Assembly (NCBI RefSeq): GCF_009914755.1 | Contig: NC_060939.1 | Length of the DNA stretch: 64,000 bases | Direction: 5' to 3' (one strand) | DNA from: the human T2T-CHM13v2.0 reference genome, Homo sapiens | In this document: positions 26,101 to 40,800 of the stretch, in pieces | Layout: each line of letters begins with the position of its first letter | Position numbering within the stretch: the stretch's first letter is position 1 | Notes under the pieces: generated by a model | What the model was told of the DNA's origin: nothing | Seen by the model: the letters and a program-made list of their open reading frames with translations, nothing else | Databases searched by the model: none | Made by a program: the position numbers and the translations under genes

Positions 26101-29100
26101 AAACCTGCTCTATGAACGGGAATGTTCAGCTCTGTGAGTTGAATGCAAACATCACAAAGCAGGTTCCGAGAATGCTTCCGTCTAGATTTTAAATGAGGAT
26201 ATTCCCGTTTCCAACGAAATCCTCGAAGCTATCCAAATATCCACTTGCAGATTCCACAAAAAGAGTGTTTCAAAACTGCTCTGTCAAAAGATAGGTTCAA
26301 CTCTGTTAGTTGAGTACACACATGGCAAACAAGATTGCGAGAATGCTTTCGTCTAGTTTTTTTGGGAAGATATTTCCTTCTTCACCATAGGCCTCAAAGC
26401 GCTCCAAATATCCATTTCCACATGCTATACAAAGAGTGTCTCAAACCTGCTGTATGAATGGGAATGTTCAACTCTATGAGTTGAATGCAAACATCACAAA
26501 GAAGTTTCTGAGAATGCTGCTGTCTAGATTTTATATGAAGGTTTTCCCGCTTCCAACGAAATTTTCAATGCTCTCAAAATATCCTCTTGTAGATTCTACA
26601 AAAAGAGTGTTTCCAAACTGCTGTATCAAAACAAAGGTTCATCTCTGTTAGTTGAGGACACACATCACAAATAAGTTTCTGAGAATGCTTCTGTCTAGTT
26701 CTTATTTGAAGACATTTCCTTTCTCACCTTAGGCCTGAAAGCGCTCGAAATACCCACTTCCAGATACTACAGAAACAGTGATTCAAACCTGCTCTATGAA
26801 AGGGAATGTTCAACTAGGTGACTTGAATGCAAACATCACAAAGCAGTTTCTGAGAATGCTGCTGTCTACTTTCTATTTGTAATCCCGTTTCCAACGAAAT
26901 CCTCAGAACTATCGAAATTTCCAATTGCAGATTCCACAGAAACAGGGTTTCAAAGCTGCTCTGTAAAAAGAAAGGTTCAACTCTGTTAGTTGAATACACA
27001 CGTCACAAACAAGTTTCTGAGAATGCTTCTGTCTAGTTTTTATGGGAAGATATTTCCTTTTTCACCGTAGGCCTCAAAGCGCTCCAAATGTCCACGTCCA
27101 CATACTACAAAAAGAGTGTTTCAAACCTGCTGTATGAAAGGGAATGTTCAACTCTATGAGTTGAATGCAAACATTACAAAGAAGTTTCTGAGAATGCTTC
27201 TGTCTAGATTTTATATGAAGGTTTTCCCGTTTCCAACGAAATTTTCAATGCTCTCAAAATATCCACTTGTAGATTCTACAAAAAGAGTGTTTCCAAACTG
27301 CTGTGTCAAAAGAAAGGTTCAACTCTGTTAGTTGAGGACACACATCACAAATAAGTTTCTGAGAATGCTTCTGTCTAGTTCTTATTTGAAGACATTTCCT
27401 TTCTCACCTTAGGCCTGAAAACGCTCGAAATATCCACTTCCAGATACGACAGAAACAGTGATTCAAACCTGCTCTATGAAAGGGAATGTTCAACTAGGTG
27501 ACTTGAATGCAAACATCACAAAGCAGTTTCTGAGAATGCTGCTGTCTACTTTCTATTTGTAATCCCGTTTCCAACGAAATCCTCAGAACTATCGAAATTT
27601 CCAATTGCAGATTCCACAAAAAGCGTGTTTCAAAGCTGCTCTGTAAAAAGAAAGGTTCAACTCTGTTAGTTGAATACACACGTCACAAACAAGTTTCTGA
27701 GAATGCTTCTGTCTAGTTTTTATGGGAAGATATTTCCTTTTTCACCGTAGGCCTCAAAGCGCTCCAAATGTCCACTTCCACATACTACAAAAAGAGTGTT
27801 TCAAACCTGCTCTATGATAGGGAATGTTGAAACCTATGAGTTGAATGCAAGCATTACAAAGAGGTTTCTGAGAATGCTTCTGTCTAGATTTTATATGTAG
27901 ATATTCCCGTTTCCAACGAAATCCTCAAAGCTATCCAAATATCAACTTGCAGATTCTACAAAAGGAATGTTTCCAAAATGCTGTATCCAAACAAAGGTTC
28001 AACTCTGTGAATTGAGGGCATACATCACAAAGAAGATTCTGAGAATGCTTCTGTCTAGATTTTATATGAAAATATTCCCGTTTCCAACGAAATCCTCAAA
28101 GCTATCCAAATATCCACTTGCAAATGCCACAAAAAGAGTGTTTCCAAACTGCTCTGTGAAAAGGAAGGTTCAACTCTGTTAGTTGAGTACACACATCACA
28201 AAGAGGTTTCTGAGAATGCTGCTGACTAGTTTTTATTTGAAGATATTTCCCTTTTCACCTTAGGCCTAAGAGTGCTCGAAATGTCCATTTCCACATACTC
28301 CACAAAGTGTGTTTCAAACGTGCTGTATGAAAGGGAATGTTCAACTCTATGAGTTGAATGCAAACATCACAAAGAAGATTCTGAGAATGCTTTTGTCTAG
28401 ATTTTATATGAAGATATTCCCGTGTCCAACGAAATTTTCAAAGGTCTCCAAATATCCATTTGTAGATTCTACAAAAAGAGTGTTTCCAAACTGCTGTATC
28501 AAAACAAAGGTTGAACTCTGTGAGTTGAGGACACACATCACAAATAAGTTTCTGAGAATGCTTCTGTCTAGTTTTTATTTGAAGATGTTTCCTTTTTCAC
28601 CATAGGCCTGAAAGCGCTCGAAATGTCCACTTCCAGATAGTACAGAAAGAGTGTTTCAAACCTGCTCTATGAACGGGAATGTTCAGCTCTGTGAGTTGAA
28701 TGCAAACATCACAAAGCAGGTTCTGAGAATGCTTCCGTCTAGATTTTAAATGAGGATATTCCCGTTTCCAACGAAATCCTCGAAGCTATCCAAATATCCA
28801 CTTGCAGATTCCACAAAAAGAGTGTTTCAAAACTGCTCTGTCAAAAGATAGGTTCAACTCTGTTAGTTGAGTACACACATGGCAAACAAGATTCCGAGAA
28901 TGCTTTCGTCTAGTTTTTTTGGGAAGATATTTCCTTCTTCACCATAGGCCTCAAAGCGCTCCAAATATCCATTTCCACATGCTATACAAAGAGTGTCTCA
29001 AACCTGCTGTATGAATGGGAATGTTCAACTCTATGAGTTGAATGCAAACATCACAAAGAAGTTTCTGAGAATGCTGCTGTCTAGATTTTATATGAAGGTT

Positions 29101-30865
29101 TTCCCGCTTCCAACGAAATTTTCAATGCTCTCAAAATATCCTCTTGTAGATTCTACAAAAAGAGTGTTTCCAAACTGCTGTATCAAAACAAAGGTTCATC
29201 TCTGTTAGTTGAGGACACACATCACAAATAAGTTTCTGAGAATGCTTCTGTCTAGTTCTTATTTGAAGACATTTCCTTTCTCACCTTAGGCCTGAAAGCG
29301 CTCGAAATACCCACTTCCAGATACTACAGAAACAGTGATTCAAACCTGCTCTATGAAAGGGAATGTTCAACTAGGTGACTTGAATGCAAACATCACAAAG
29401 CAGTTTCTGAGAATGCTGCTGTCTACTTTCTATTTGTAATCCCGTTTCCAACGAAATCCTCAGAACTATCGAAATTTCCAATTGCAGATTCCACAGAAAC
29501 AGGGTTTCAAAGCTGCTCTGTAAAAAGAAAGGTTCAACTCTGTTAGTTGAATACACACGTCACAAACAAGTTTCTGAGAATGCTTCTGTCTAGTTTTTAT
29601 GGGAAGATATTTCCTTTTTCACCGTAGGCCTCAAAGCGCTCCAAATGTCCACGTCCACATACTACAAAAAGAGTGTTTCAAACCTGCTGTATGAAAGGGA
29701 ATGTTCAACTCTATGAGTTGAATGCAAACATTACAAAGAAGTTTCTGAGAATGCTTCTGTCTAGATTTTATATGAAGGTTTTCCCGTTTCCAACGAAATT
29801 TTCAATGCTCTCAAAATATCCACTTGTAGATTCTACAAAAAGAGTGTTTCCAAACTGCTGTGTCAAAAGAAAGGTTCAACTCTGTTAGTTGAGGACACAC
29901 ATCACAAATAAGTTTCTGAGAATGCTTCTGTCTAGTTCTTATTTGAAGACATTTCCTTTCTCACCTTAGGCCTGAAAACGCTCGAAATATCCACTTCCAG
30001 ATACGACAGAAACAGTGATTCAAACCTGCTCTATGAAAGGGAATGTTCAACTAGGTGACTTGAATGCAAACATCACAAAGCAGTTTCTGAGAATGCTGCT
30101 GTCTACTTTCTATTTGTAATCCCGTTTCCAACGAAATCCTCAGAACTATCGAAATTTCCAATTGCAGATTCCACAAAAAGCGTGTTTCAAAGCTGCTCTG
30201 TAAAAAGAAAGGTTCAACTCTGTTAGTTGAATACACACGTCACAAACAAGTTTCTGAGAATGCTTCTGTCTAGTTTTTATGGGAAGATATTTCCTTTTTC
30301 ACCGTAGGCCTCAAAGCGCTCCAAATGTCCACTTCCACATACTACAAAAAGAGTGTTTCAAACCTGCTCTATGATAGGGAATGTTGAAACCTATGAGTTG
30401 AATGCAAGCATTACAAAGAGGTTTCTGAGAATGCTTCTGTCTAGATTTTATATGTAGATATTCCCGTTTCCAACGAAATCCTCAAAGCTATCCAAATATC
30501 AACTTGCAGATTCTACAAAAGGAATGTTTCCAAAATGCTGTATCCAAACAAAGGTTCAACTCTGTGAATTGAGGGCATACATCACAAAGAAGATTCTGAG
30601 AATGCTTCTGTCTAGATTTTATATGAAAATATTCCCGTTTCCAACGAAATCCTCAAAGCTATCCAAATATCCACTTGCAAATGCCACAAAAAGAGTGTTT
30701 CCAAACTGCTCTGTGAAAAGGAAGGTTCAACTCTGTTAGTTGAGTACACACATCACAAAGAGGTTTCTGAGAATGCTGCTGACTAGTTTTTATTTGAAGA
30801 TATTTCCCTTTTCACCTTAGGCCTAAGAGTGCTCGAAATGTCCATTTCCACATACTCCACAAAGT

Positions 30866-32742
30866 GTGTTTCAAACGTGCTGTATGAAAGGGAATGTTCA
30901 ACTCTATGAGTTGAATGCAAACATCACAAAGAAGATTCTGAGAATGCTTTTGTCTAGATTTTATATGAAGATATTCCCGTGTCCAACGAAATTTTCAAAG
31001 GTCTCCAAATATCCATTTGTAGATTCTACAAAAAGAGTGTTTCCAAACTGCTGTATCAAAACAAAGGTTGAACTCTGTGAGTTGAGGACACACATCACAA
31101 ATAAGTTTCTGAGAATGCTTCTGTCTAGTTTTTATTTGAAGATGTTTCCTTTTTCACCATAGGCCTGAAAGCGCTCGAAATGTCCACTTCCAGATAGTAC
31201 AGAAAGAGTGTTTCAAACCTGCTCTATGAACGGGAATGTTCAGCTCTGTGAGTTGAATGCAAACATCACAAAGCAGGTTCTGAGAATGCTTCCGTCTAGA
31301 TTTTAAATGAGGATATTCCCGTTTCCAACGAAATCCTCGAAGCTATCCAAATATCCACTTGCAGATTCCACAAAAAGAGTGTTTCAAAACTGCTCTGTCA
31401 AAAGATAGGTTCAACTCTGTTAGTTGAGTACACACATGGCAAACAAGATTGCGAGAATGCTTTCGTCTAGTTTTTTTGGGAAGATATTTCCTTCTTCACC
31501 ATAGGCCTCAAAGCGCTCCAAATATCCATTTCCACATGCTATACAAAGAGTGTCTCAAACCTGCTGTATGAATGGGAATGTTCAACTCTATGAGTTGAAT
31601 GCAAACATCACAAAGAAGTTTCTGAGAATGCTGCTGTCTAGATTTTATATGAAGGTTTTCCCGCTTCCAACGAAATTTTCAATGCTCTCAAAATATCCTC
31701 TTGTAGATTCTACAAAAAGAGTGTTTCCAAACTGCTGTATCAAAACAAAGGTTCATCTCTGTTAGTTGAGGACACACATCACAAATAAGTTTCTGAGAAT
31801 GCTTCTGTCTAGTTCTTATTTGAAGACATTTCCTTTCTCACCTTAGGCCTGAAAGCGCTCGAAATACCCACTTCCAGATACTACAGAAACAGTGATTCAA
31901 ACCTGCTCTATGAAAGGGAATGTTCAACTAGGTGACTTGAATGCAAACATCACAAAGCAGTTTCTGAGAATGCTGCTGTCTACTTTCTATTTGTAATCCC
32001 GTTTCCAACGAAATCCTCAGAACTATCGAAATTTCCAATTGCAGATTCCACAAAAAGCGTGTTTCAAAGCTGCTCTGTAAAAAGAAAGGTTCAACTCTGT
32101 TAGTTGAATACACACGTCACAAACAAGTTTCTGAGAATGCTTCTGTCTAGTTTTTATGGGAAGATATTTCCTTTTTCACCGTAGGCCTCAAAGCGCTCCA
32201 AATGTCCACTTCCACATACTACAAAAAGAGTGTTTCAAACCTGCTCTATGATAGGGAATGTTGAAACCTATGAGTTGAATGCAAGCATTACAAAGAGGTT
32301 TCTGAGAATGCTTCTGTCTAGATTTTATATGTAGATATTCCCGTTTCCAACGAAATCCTCAAAGCTATCCAAATATCAACTTGCAGATTCTACAAAAGGA
32401 ATGTTTCCAAAATGCTGTATCCAAACAAAGGTTCAACTCTGTGAATTGAGGGCATACATCACAAAGAAGATTCTGAGAATGCTTCTGTCTAGATTTTATA
32501 TGAAAATATTCCCGTTTCCAACGAAATCCTCAAAGCTATCCAAATATCCACTTGCAAATGCCACAAAAAGAGTGTTTCCAAACTGCTCTGTGAAAAGGAA
32601 GGTTCAACTCTGTTAGTTGAGTACACACATCACAAAGAGGTTTCTGAGAATGCTGCTGACTAGTTTTTATTTGAAGATATTTCCCTTTTCACCTTAGGCC
32701 TAAGAGTGCTCGAAATGTCCATTTCCACATACTCCACAAAGT
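30866..32742 (-). repeat. 11-mer HOR structural variant (1877 bp; lacks one 680-bp 4-mer)
   Basis: Landmark spacing 30866 to 32743 is 1877 = 2557-680. Two recurring ORFs are missing from this unit. Confidence 0.96.
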
Positions 32743-35700
32743 GTGTTTCAAACGTGCTGTATGAAAGGGAATGTTCAACTCTATGAGTTGAATGCAAACA
32801 TCACAAAGAAGATTCTGAGAATGCTTTTGTCTAGATTTTATATGAAGATATTCCCGTGTCCAACGAAATTTTCAAAGGTCTCCAAATATCCATTTGTAGA
32901 TTCTACAAAAAGAGTGTTTCCAAACTGCTGTATCAAAACAAAGGTTGAACTCTGTGAGTTGAGGACACACATCACAAATAAGTTTCTGAGAATGCTTCTG
33001 TCTAGTTTTTATTTGAAGATGTTTCCTTTTTCACCATAGGCCTGAAAGCGCTCGAAATGTCCACTTCCAGATAGTACAGAAAGAGTGTTTCAAACCTGCT
33101 CTATGAACGGGAATGTTCAGCTCTGTGAGTTGAATGCAAACATCACAAAGCAGGTTCTGAGAATGCTTCCGTCTAGATTTTAAATGAGGATATTCCCGTT
33201 TCCAACGAAATCCTCGAAGCTATCCAAATATCCACTTGCAGATTCCACAAAAAGAGTGTTTCAAAACTGCTCTGTCAAAAGATAGGTTCAACTCTGTTAG
33301 TTGAGTACACACATGGCAAACAAGATTGCGAGAATGCTTTCGTCTAGTTTTTTTGGGAAGATATTTCCTTCTTCACCATAGGCCTCAAAGCGCTCCAAAT
33401 ATCCATTTCCACATGCTATACAAAGAGTGTCTCAAACCTGCTGTATGAATGGGAATGTTCAACTCTATGAGTTGAATGCAAACATCACAAAGAAGTTTCT
33501 GAGAATGCTGCTGTCTAGATTTTATATGAAGGTTTTCCCGCTTCCAACGAAATTTTCAATGCTCTCAAAATATCCTCTTGTAGATTCTACAAAAAGAGTG
33601 TTTCCAAACTGCTGTATCAAAACAAAGGTTCATCTCTGTTAGTTGAGGACACACATCACAAATAAGTTTCTGAGAATGCTTCTGTCTAGTTCTTATTTGA
33701 AGACATTTCCTTTCTCACCTTAGGCCTGAAAGCGCTCGAAATACCCACTTCCAGATACTACAGAAACAGTGATTCAAACCTGCTCTATGAAAGGGAATGT
33801 TCAACTAGGTGACTTGAATGCAAACATCACAAAGCAGTTTCTGAGAATGCTGCTGTCTACTTTCTATTTGTAATCCCGTTTCCAACGAAATCCTCAGAAC
33901 TATCGAAATTTCCAATTGCAGATTCCACAGAAACAGGGTTTCAAAGCTGCTCTGTAAAAAGAAAGGTTCAACTCTGTTAGTTGAATACACACGTCACAAA
34001 CAAGTTTCTGAGAATGCTTCTGTCTAGTTTTTATGGGAAGATATTTCCTTTTTCACCGTAGGCCTCAAAGCGCTCCAAATGTCCACGTCCACATACTACA
34101 AAAAGAGTGTTTCAAACCTGCTGTATGAAAGGGAATGTTCAACTCTATGAGTTGAATGCAAACATTACAAAGAAGTTTCTGAGAATGCTTCTGTCTAGAT
34201 TTTATATGAAGGTTTTCCCGTTTCCAACGAAATTTTCAATGCTCTCAAAATATCCACTTGTAGATTCTACAAAAAGAGTGTTTCCAAACTGCTGTGTCAA
34301 AAGAAAGGTTCAACTCTGTTAGTTGAGGACACACATCACAAATAAGTTTCTGAGAATGCTTCTGTCTAGTTCTTATTTGAAGACATTTCCTTTCTCACCT
34401 TAGGCCTGAAAACGCTCGAAATATCCACTTCCAGATACGACAGAAACAGTGATTCAAACCTGCTCTATGAAAGGGAATGTTCAACTAGGTGACTTGAATG
34501 CAAACATCACAAAGCAGTTTCTGAGAATGCTGCTGTCTACTTTCTATTTGTAATCCCGTTTCCAACGAAATCCTCAGAACTATCGAAATTTCCAATTGCA
34601 GATTCCACAAAAAGCGTGTTTCAAAGCTGCTCTGTAAAAAGAAAGGTTCAACTCTGTTAGTTGAATACACACGTCACAAACAAGTTTCTGAGAATGCTTC
34701 TGTCTAGTTTTTATGGGAAGATATTTCCTTTTTCACCGTAGGCCTCAAAGCGCTCCAAATGTCCACTTCCACATACTACAAAAAGAGTGTTTCAAACCTG
34801 CTCTATGATAGGGAATGTTGAAACCTATGAGTTGAATGCAAGCATTACAAAGAGGTTTCTGAGAATGCTTCTGTCTAGATTTTATATGTAGATATTCCCG
34901 TTTCCAACGAAATCCTCAAAGCTATCCAAATATCAACTTGCAGATTCTACAAAAGGAATGTTTCCAAAATGCTGTATCCAAACAAAGGTTCAACTCTGTG
35001 AATTGAGGGCATACATCACAAAGAAGATTCTGAGAATGCTTCTGTCTAGATTTTATATGAAAATATTCCCGTTTCCAACGAAATCCTCAAAGCTATCCAA
35101 ATATCCACTTGCAAATGCCACAAAAAGAGTGTTTCCAAACTGCTCTGTGAAAAGGAAGGTTCAACTCTGTTAGTTGAGTACACACATCACAAAGAGGTTT
35201 CTGAGAATGCTGCTGACTAGTTTTTATTTGAAGATATTTCCCTTTTCACCTTAGGCCTAAGAGTGCTCGAAATGTCCATTTCCACATACTCCACAAAGTG
35301 TGTTTCAAACGTGCTGTATGAAAGGGAATGTTCAACTCTATGAGTTGAATGCAAACATCACAAAGAAGATTCTGAGAATGCTTTTGTCTAGATTTTATAT
35401 GAAGATATTCCCGTGTCCAACGAAATTTTCAAAGGTCTCCAAATATCCATTTGTAGATTCTACAAAAAGAGTGTTTCCAAACTGCTGTATCAAAACAAAG
35501 GTTGAACTCTGTGAGTTGAGGACACACATCACAAATAAGTTTCTGAGAATGCTTCTGTCTAGTTTTTATTTGAAGATGTTTCCTTTTTCACCATAGGCCT
35601 GAAAGCGCTCGAAATGTCCACTTCCAGATAGTACAGAAAGAGTGTTTCAAACCTGCTCTATGAACGGGAATGTTCAGCTCTGTGAGTTGAATGCAAACAT

Positions 35701-37856
35701 CACAAAGCAGGTTCTGAGAATGCTTCCGTCTAGATTTTAAATGAGGATATTCCCGTTTCCAACGAAATCCTCGAAGCTATCCAAATATCCACTTGCAGAT
35801 TCCACAAAAAGAGTGTTTCAAAACTGCTCTGTCAAAAGATAGGTTCAACTCTGTTAGTTGAGTACACACATGGCAAACAAGATTGCGAGAATGCTTTCGT
35901 CTAGTTTTTTTGGGAAGATATTTCCTTCTTCACCATAGGCCTCAAAGCGCTCCAAATATCCATTTCCACATGCTATACAAAGAGTGTCTCAAACCTGCTG
36001 TATGAATGGGAATGTTCAACTCTATGAGTTGAATGCAAACATCACAAAGAAGTTTCTGAGAATGCTGCTGTCTAGATTTTATATGAAGGTTTTCCCGCTT
36101 CCAACGAAATTTTCAATGCTCTCAAAATATCCTCTTGTAGATTCTACAAAAAGAGTGTTTCCAAACTGCTGTATCAAAACAAAGGTTCATCTCTGTTAGT
36201 TGAGGACACACATCACAAATAAGTTTCTGAGAATGCTTCTGTCTAGTTCTTATTTGAAGACATTTCCTTTCTCACCTTAGGCCTGAAAGCGCTCGAAATA
36301 CCCACTTCCAGATACTACAGAAACAGTGATTCAAACCTGCTCTATGAAAGGGAATGTTCAACTAGGTGACTTGAATGCAAACATCACAAAGCAGTTTCTG
36401 AGAATGCTGCTGTCTACTTTCTATTTGTAATCCCGTTTCCAACGAAATCCTCAGAACTATCGAAATTTCCAATTGCAGATTCCACAGAAACAGGGTTTCA
36501 AAGCTGCTCTGTAAAAAGAAAGGTTCAACTCTGTTAGTTGAATACACACGTCACAAACAAGTTTCTGAGAATGCTTCTGTCTAGTTTTTATGGGAAGATA
36601 TTTCCTTTTTCACCGTAGGCCTCAAAGCGCTCCAAATGTCCACGTCCACATACTACAAAAAGAGTGTTTCAAACCTGCTGTATGAAAGGGAATGTTCAAC
36701 TCTATGAGTTGAATGCAAACATTACAAAGAAGTTTCTGAGAATGCTTCTGTCTAGATTTTATATGAAGGTTTTCCCGTTTCCAACGAAATTTTCAATGCT
36801 CTCAAAATATCCACTTGTAGATTCTACAAAAAGAGTGTTTCCAAACTGCTGTGTCAAAAGAAAGGTTCAACTCTGTTAGTTGAGGACACACATCACAAAT
36901 AAGTTTCTGAGAATGCTTCTGTCTAGTTCTTATTTGAAGACATTTCCTTTCTCACCTTAGGCCTGAAAACGCTCGAAATATCCACTTCCAGATACGACAG
37001 AAACAGTGATTCAAACCTGCTCTATGAAAGGGAATGTTCAACTAGGTGACTTGAATGCAAACATCACAAAGCAGTTTCTGAGAATGCTGCTGTCTACTTT
37101 CTATTTGTAATCCCGTTTCCAACGAAATCCTCAGAACTATCGAAATTTCCAATTGCAGATTCCACAAAAAGCGTGTTTCAAAGCTGCTCTGTAAAAAGAA
37201 AGGTTCAACTCTGTTAGTTGAATACACACGTCACAAACAAGTTTCTGAGAATGCTTCTGTCTAGTTTTTATGGGAAGATATTTCCTTTTTCACCGTAGGC
37301 CTCAAAGCGCTCCAAATGTCCACTTCCACATACTACAAAAAGAGTGTTTCAAACCTGCTCTATGATAGGGAATGTTGAAACCTATGAGTTGAATGCAAGC
37401 ATTACAAAGAGGTTTCTGAGAATGCTTCTGTCTAGATTTTATATGTAGATATTCCCGTTTCCAACGAAATCCTCAAAGCTATCCAAATATCAACTTGCAG
37501 ATTCTACAAAAGGAATGTTTCCAAAATGCTGTATCCAAACAAAGGTTCAACTCTGTGAATTGAGGGCATACATCACAAAGAAGATTCTGAGAATGCTTCT
37601 GTCTAGATTTTATATGAAAATATTCCCGTTTCCAACGAAATCCTCAAAGCTATCCAAATATCCACTTGCAAATGCCACAAAAAGAGTGTTTCCAAACTGC
37701 TCTGTGAAAAGGAAGGTTCAACTCTGTTAGTTGAGTACACACATCACAAAGAGGTTTCTGAGAATGCTGCTGACTAGTTTTTATTTGAAGATATTTCCCT
37801 TTTCACCTTAGGCCTAAGAGTGCTCGAAATGTCCATTTCCACATACTCCACAAAGT

Positions 37857-40800
37857 GTGTTTCAAACGTGCTGTATGAAAGGGAATGTTCAACTCTATGA
37901 GTTGAATGCAAACATCACAAAGAAGACTCTGAGAATGCTTTTGTCTAGATTTTATATGAAGATATTCCCGTGTCCAACGAAATTTTCAAAGGTCTCCAAA
38001 TATCCATTTGTAGATTCTACAAAAAGAGTGTTTCCAAACTGCTGTATCAAAACAAAGGTTGAACTCTGTGAGTTGAGGACACACATCACAAATAAGTTTC
38101 TGAGAATGCTTCTGTCTAGTTTTTATTTGAAGATGTTTCCTTTTTCACCATAGGCCTGAAAGCGCTCGAAATGTCCACTTCCAGATAGTACAGAAAGAGT
38201 GTTTCAAACCTGCTCTATGAACGGGAATGTTCAGCTCTGTGAGTTGAATGCAAACATCACAAAGTAGGTTCCGAGAATGCTTCCGTCTAGATTTTAAATG
38301 AGGATATTCCCGTTTCCAACGAAATCCTCGAAGCTATCCAAATATCCACTTGCAGATTCCACAAAAAGAGTGTTTCAAAACTGCTCTGTCAAAAGATAGG
38401 TTCAACTCTGTTAGTTGAGTACACACATGGCAAACAAGATTGCGAGAATGCTTTCGTCTAGTTTTTTTGGGAAGATATTTCCTTCTTCACCATAGGCCTC
38501 AAAGCGCTCCAAATATCCATTTCCACATGCTATACAAAGAGTGTCTCAAACCTGCTGTATGAATGGGAATGTTCAACTCTATGAGTTGAATGCAAACATC
38601 ACAAAGAAGTTTCTGAGAATGCTGCTGTCTAGATTTTATATGAAGGTTTTCCCGCTTCGAACGAAATTTTCAATGCTCTCAAAATATCCTCTTGTAGATT
38701 CTACAAAAAGAGTGTTTCCAAACTGCTGTATCAAAACAAAGGTTCATCTCTGTTAGTTGAGGACACACATCACAAATAAGTTTCTGAGAATGCTTCTGTC
38801 TAGTTCTTATTTGAAGACATTTCCTTTCTCACCTTAGGCCTGAAAGCGCTCGAAATACCCACTTCCAGATACTACAGAAACAGTGATTCAAACCTGCTCT
38901 ATGAAAGGGAATGTTCAACTAGGTGACTTGAATGCAAACATCACAAAGCAGTTTCTGAGAATGCTGCTGTCTACTTTCTATTTGTAATCCCGTTTCCAAC
39001 GAAATCCTCAGAACTATCGAAATTTCCAATTGCAGATTCCACAGAAACAGGGTTTCAAAGCTGCTCTGTAAAAAGAAAGGTTCAACTCTGTTAGTTGAAT
39101 ACACACGTCACAAACAAGTTTCTGAGAATGCTTCTGTCTAGTTTTTATGGGAAGATATTTCCTTTTTCACCGTAGGCCTCAAAGCGCTCCAAATGTCCAC
39201 GTCCACATACTACAAAAAGAGTGTTTCAAACCTGCTGTATGAAAGGGAATGTTCAACTCTATGAGTTGAATGCAAACATTACAAAGAAGTTTCTGAGAAT
39301 GCTTCTGTCTAGATTTTATATGAAGGTTTTCCCGTTTCCAACGAAATTTTCAATGCTCTCAAAATATCCACTTGTAGATTCTACAAAAAGAGTGTTTCCA
39401 AACTGCTGTGTCAAAAGAAAGGTTCAACTCTGTTAGTTGAGGACACACATCACAAATAAGTTTCTGAGAATGCTTCTGTCTAGTTCTTATTTGAAGACAT
39501 TTCCTTTCTCACCTTAGGCCTGAAAACGCTCGAAATATCCACTTCCAGATACGACAGAAACAGTGATTCAAACCTGCTCTATGAAAGGGAATGTTCAACT
39601 AGGTGACTTGAATGCAAACATCACAAAGCAGTTTCTGAGAATGCTGCTGTCTACTTTCTATTTGTAATCCCGTTTCCAACGAAATCCTCAGAACTATCGA
39701 AATTTCCAATTGCAGATTCCACAAAAAGCGTGTTTCAAAGCTGCTCTGTAAAAAGAAAGGTTCAACTCTGTTAGTTGAATACACACGTCACAAACAAGTT
39801 TCTGAGAATGCTTCTGTCTAGTTTTTATGGGAAGATATTTCCTTTTTCACCGTAGGCCTCAAAGCGCTCCAAATGTCCACTTCCACATACTACAAAAAGA
39901 GTGTTTCAAACCTGCTCTATGATAGGGAATGTTGAAACCTATGAGTTGAATGCAAGCATTACAAAGAGGTTTCTGAGAATGCTTCTGTCTAGATTTTATA
40001 TGTAGATATTCCCGTTTCCAACGAAATCCTCAAAGCTATCCAAATATCAACTTGCAGATTCTACAAAAGGAATGTTTCCAAAATGCTGTATCCAAACAAA
40101 GGTTCAACTCTGTGAATTGAGGGCATACATCACAAAGAAGATTCTGAGAATGCTTCTGTCTAGATTTTATATGAAAATATTCCCGTTTCCAACGAAATCC
40201 TCAAAGCTATCCAAATATCCACTTGCAAATGCCACAAAAAGAGTGTTTCCAAACTGCTCTGTGAAAAGGAAGGTTCAACTCTGTTAGTTGAGTACACACA
40301 TCACAAAGAGGTTTCTGAGAATGCTGCTGACTAGTTTTTATTTGAAGATATTTCCCTTTTCACCTTAGGCCTAAGAGTGCTCGAAATGTCCATTTCCACA
40401 TACTCCACAAAGTGTGTTTCAAACGTGCTGTATGAAAGGGAATGTTCAACTCTATGAGTTGAATGCAAACATCACAAAGAAGATTCTGAGAATGCTTTTG
40501 TCTAGATTTTATATGAAGATATTCCCGTGTCCAACGAAATTTTCAAAGGTCTCCAAATATCCATTTGTAGATTCTACAAAAAGAGTGTTTCCAAACTGCT
40601 GTATCAAAACAAAGGTTGAACTCTGTGAGTTGAGGACACACATCACAAATAAGTTTCTGAGAATGCTTCTGTCTAGTTTTTATTTGAAGATGTTTCCTTT
40701 TTCACCATAGGCCTGAAAGCGCTCGAAATGTCCACTTCCAGATAGTACAGAAAGAGTGTTTCAAACCTGCTCTATGAACGGGAATGTTCAGCTCTGTGAG

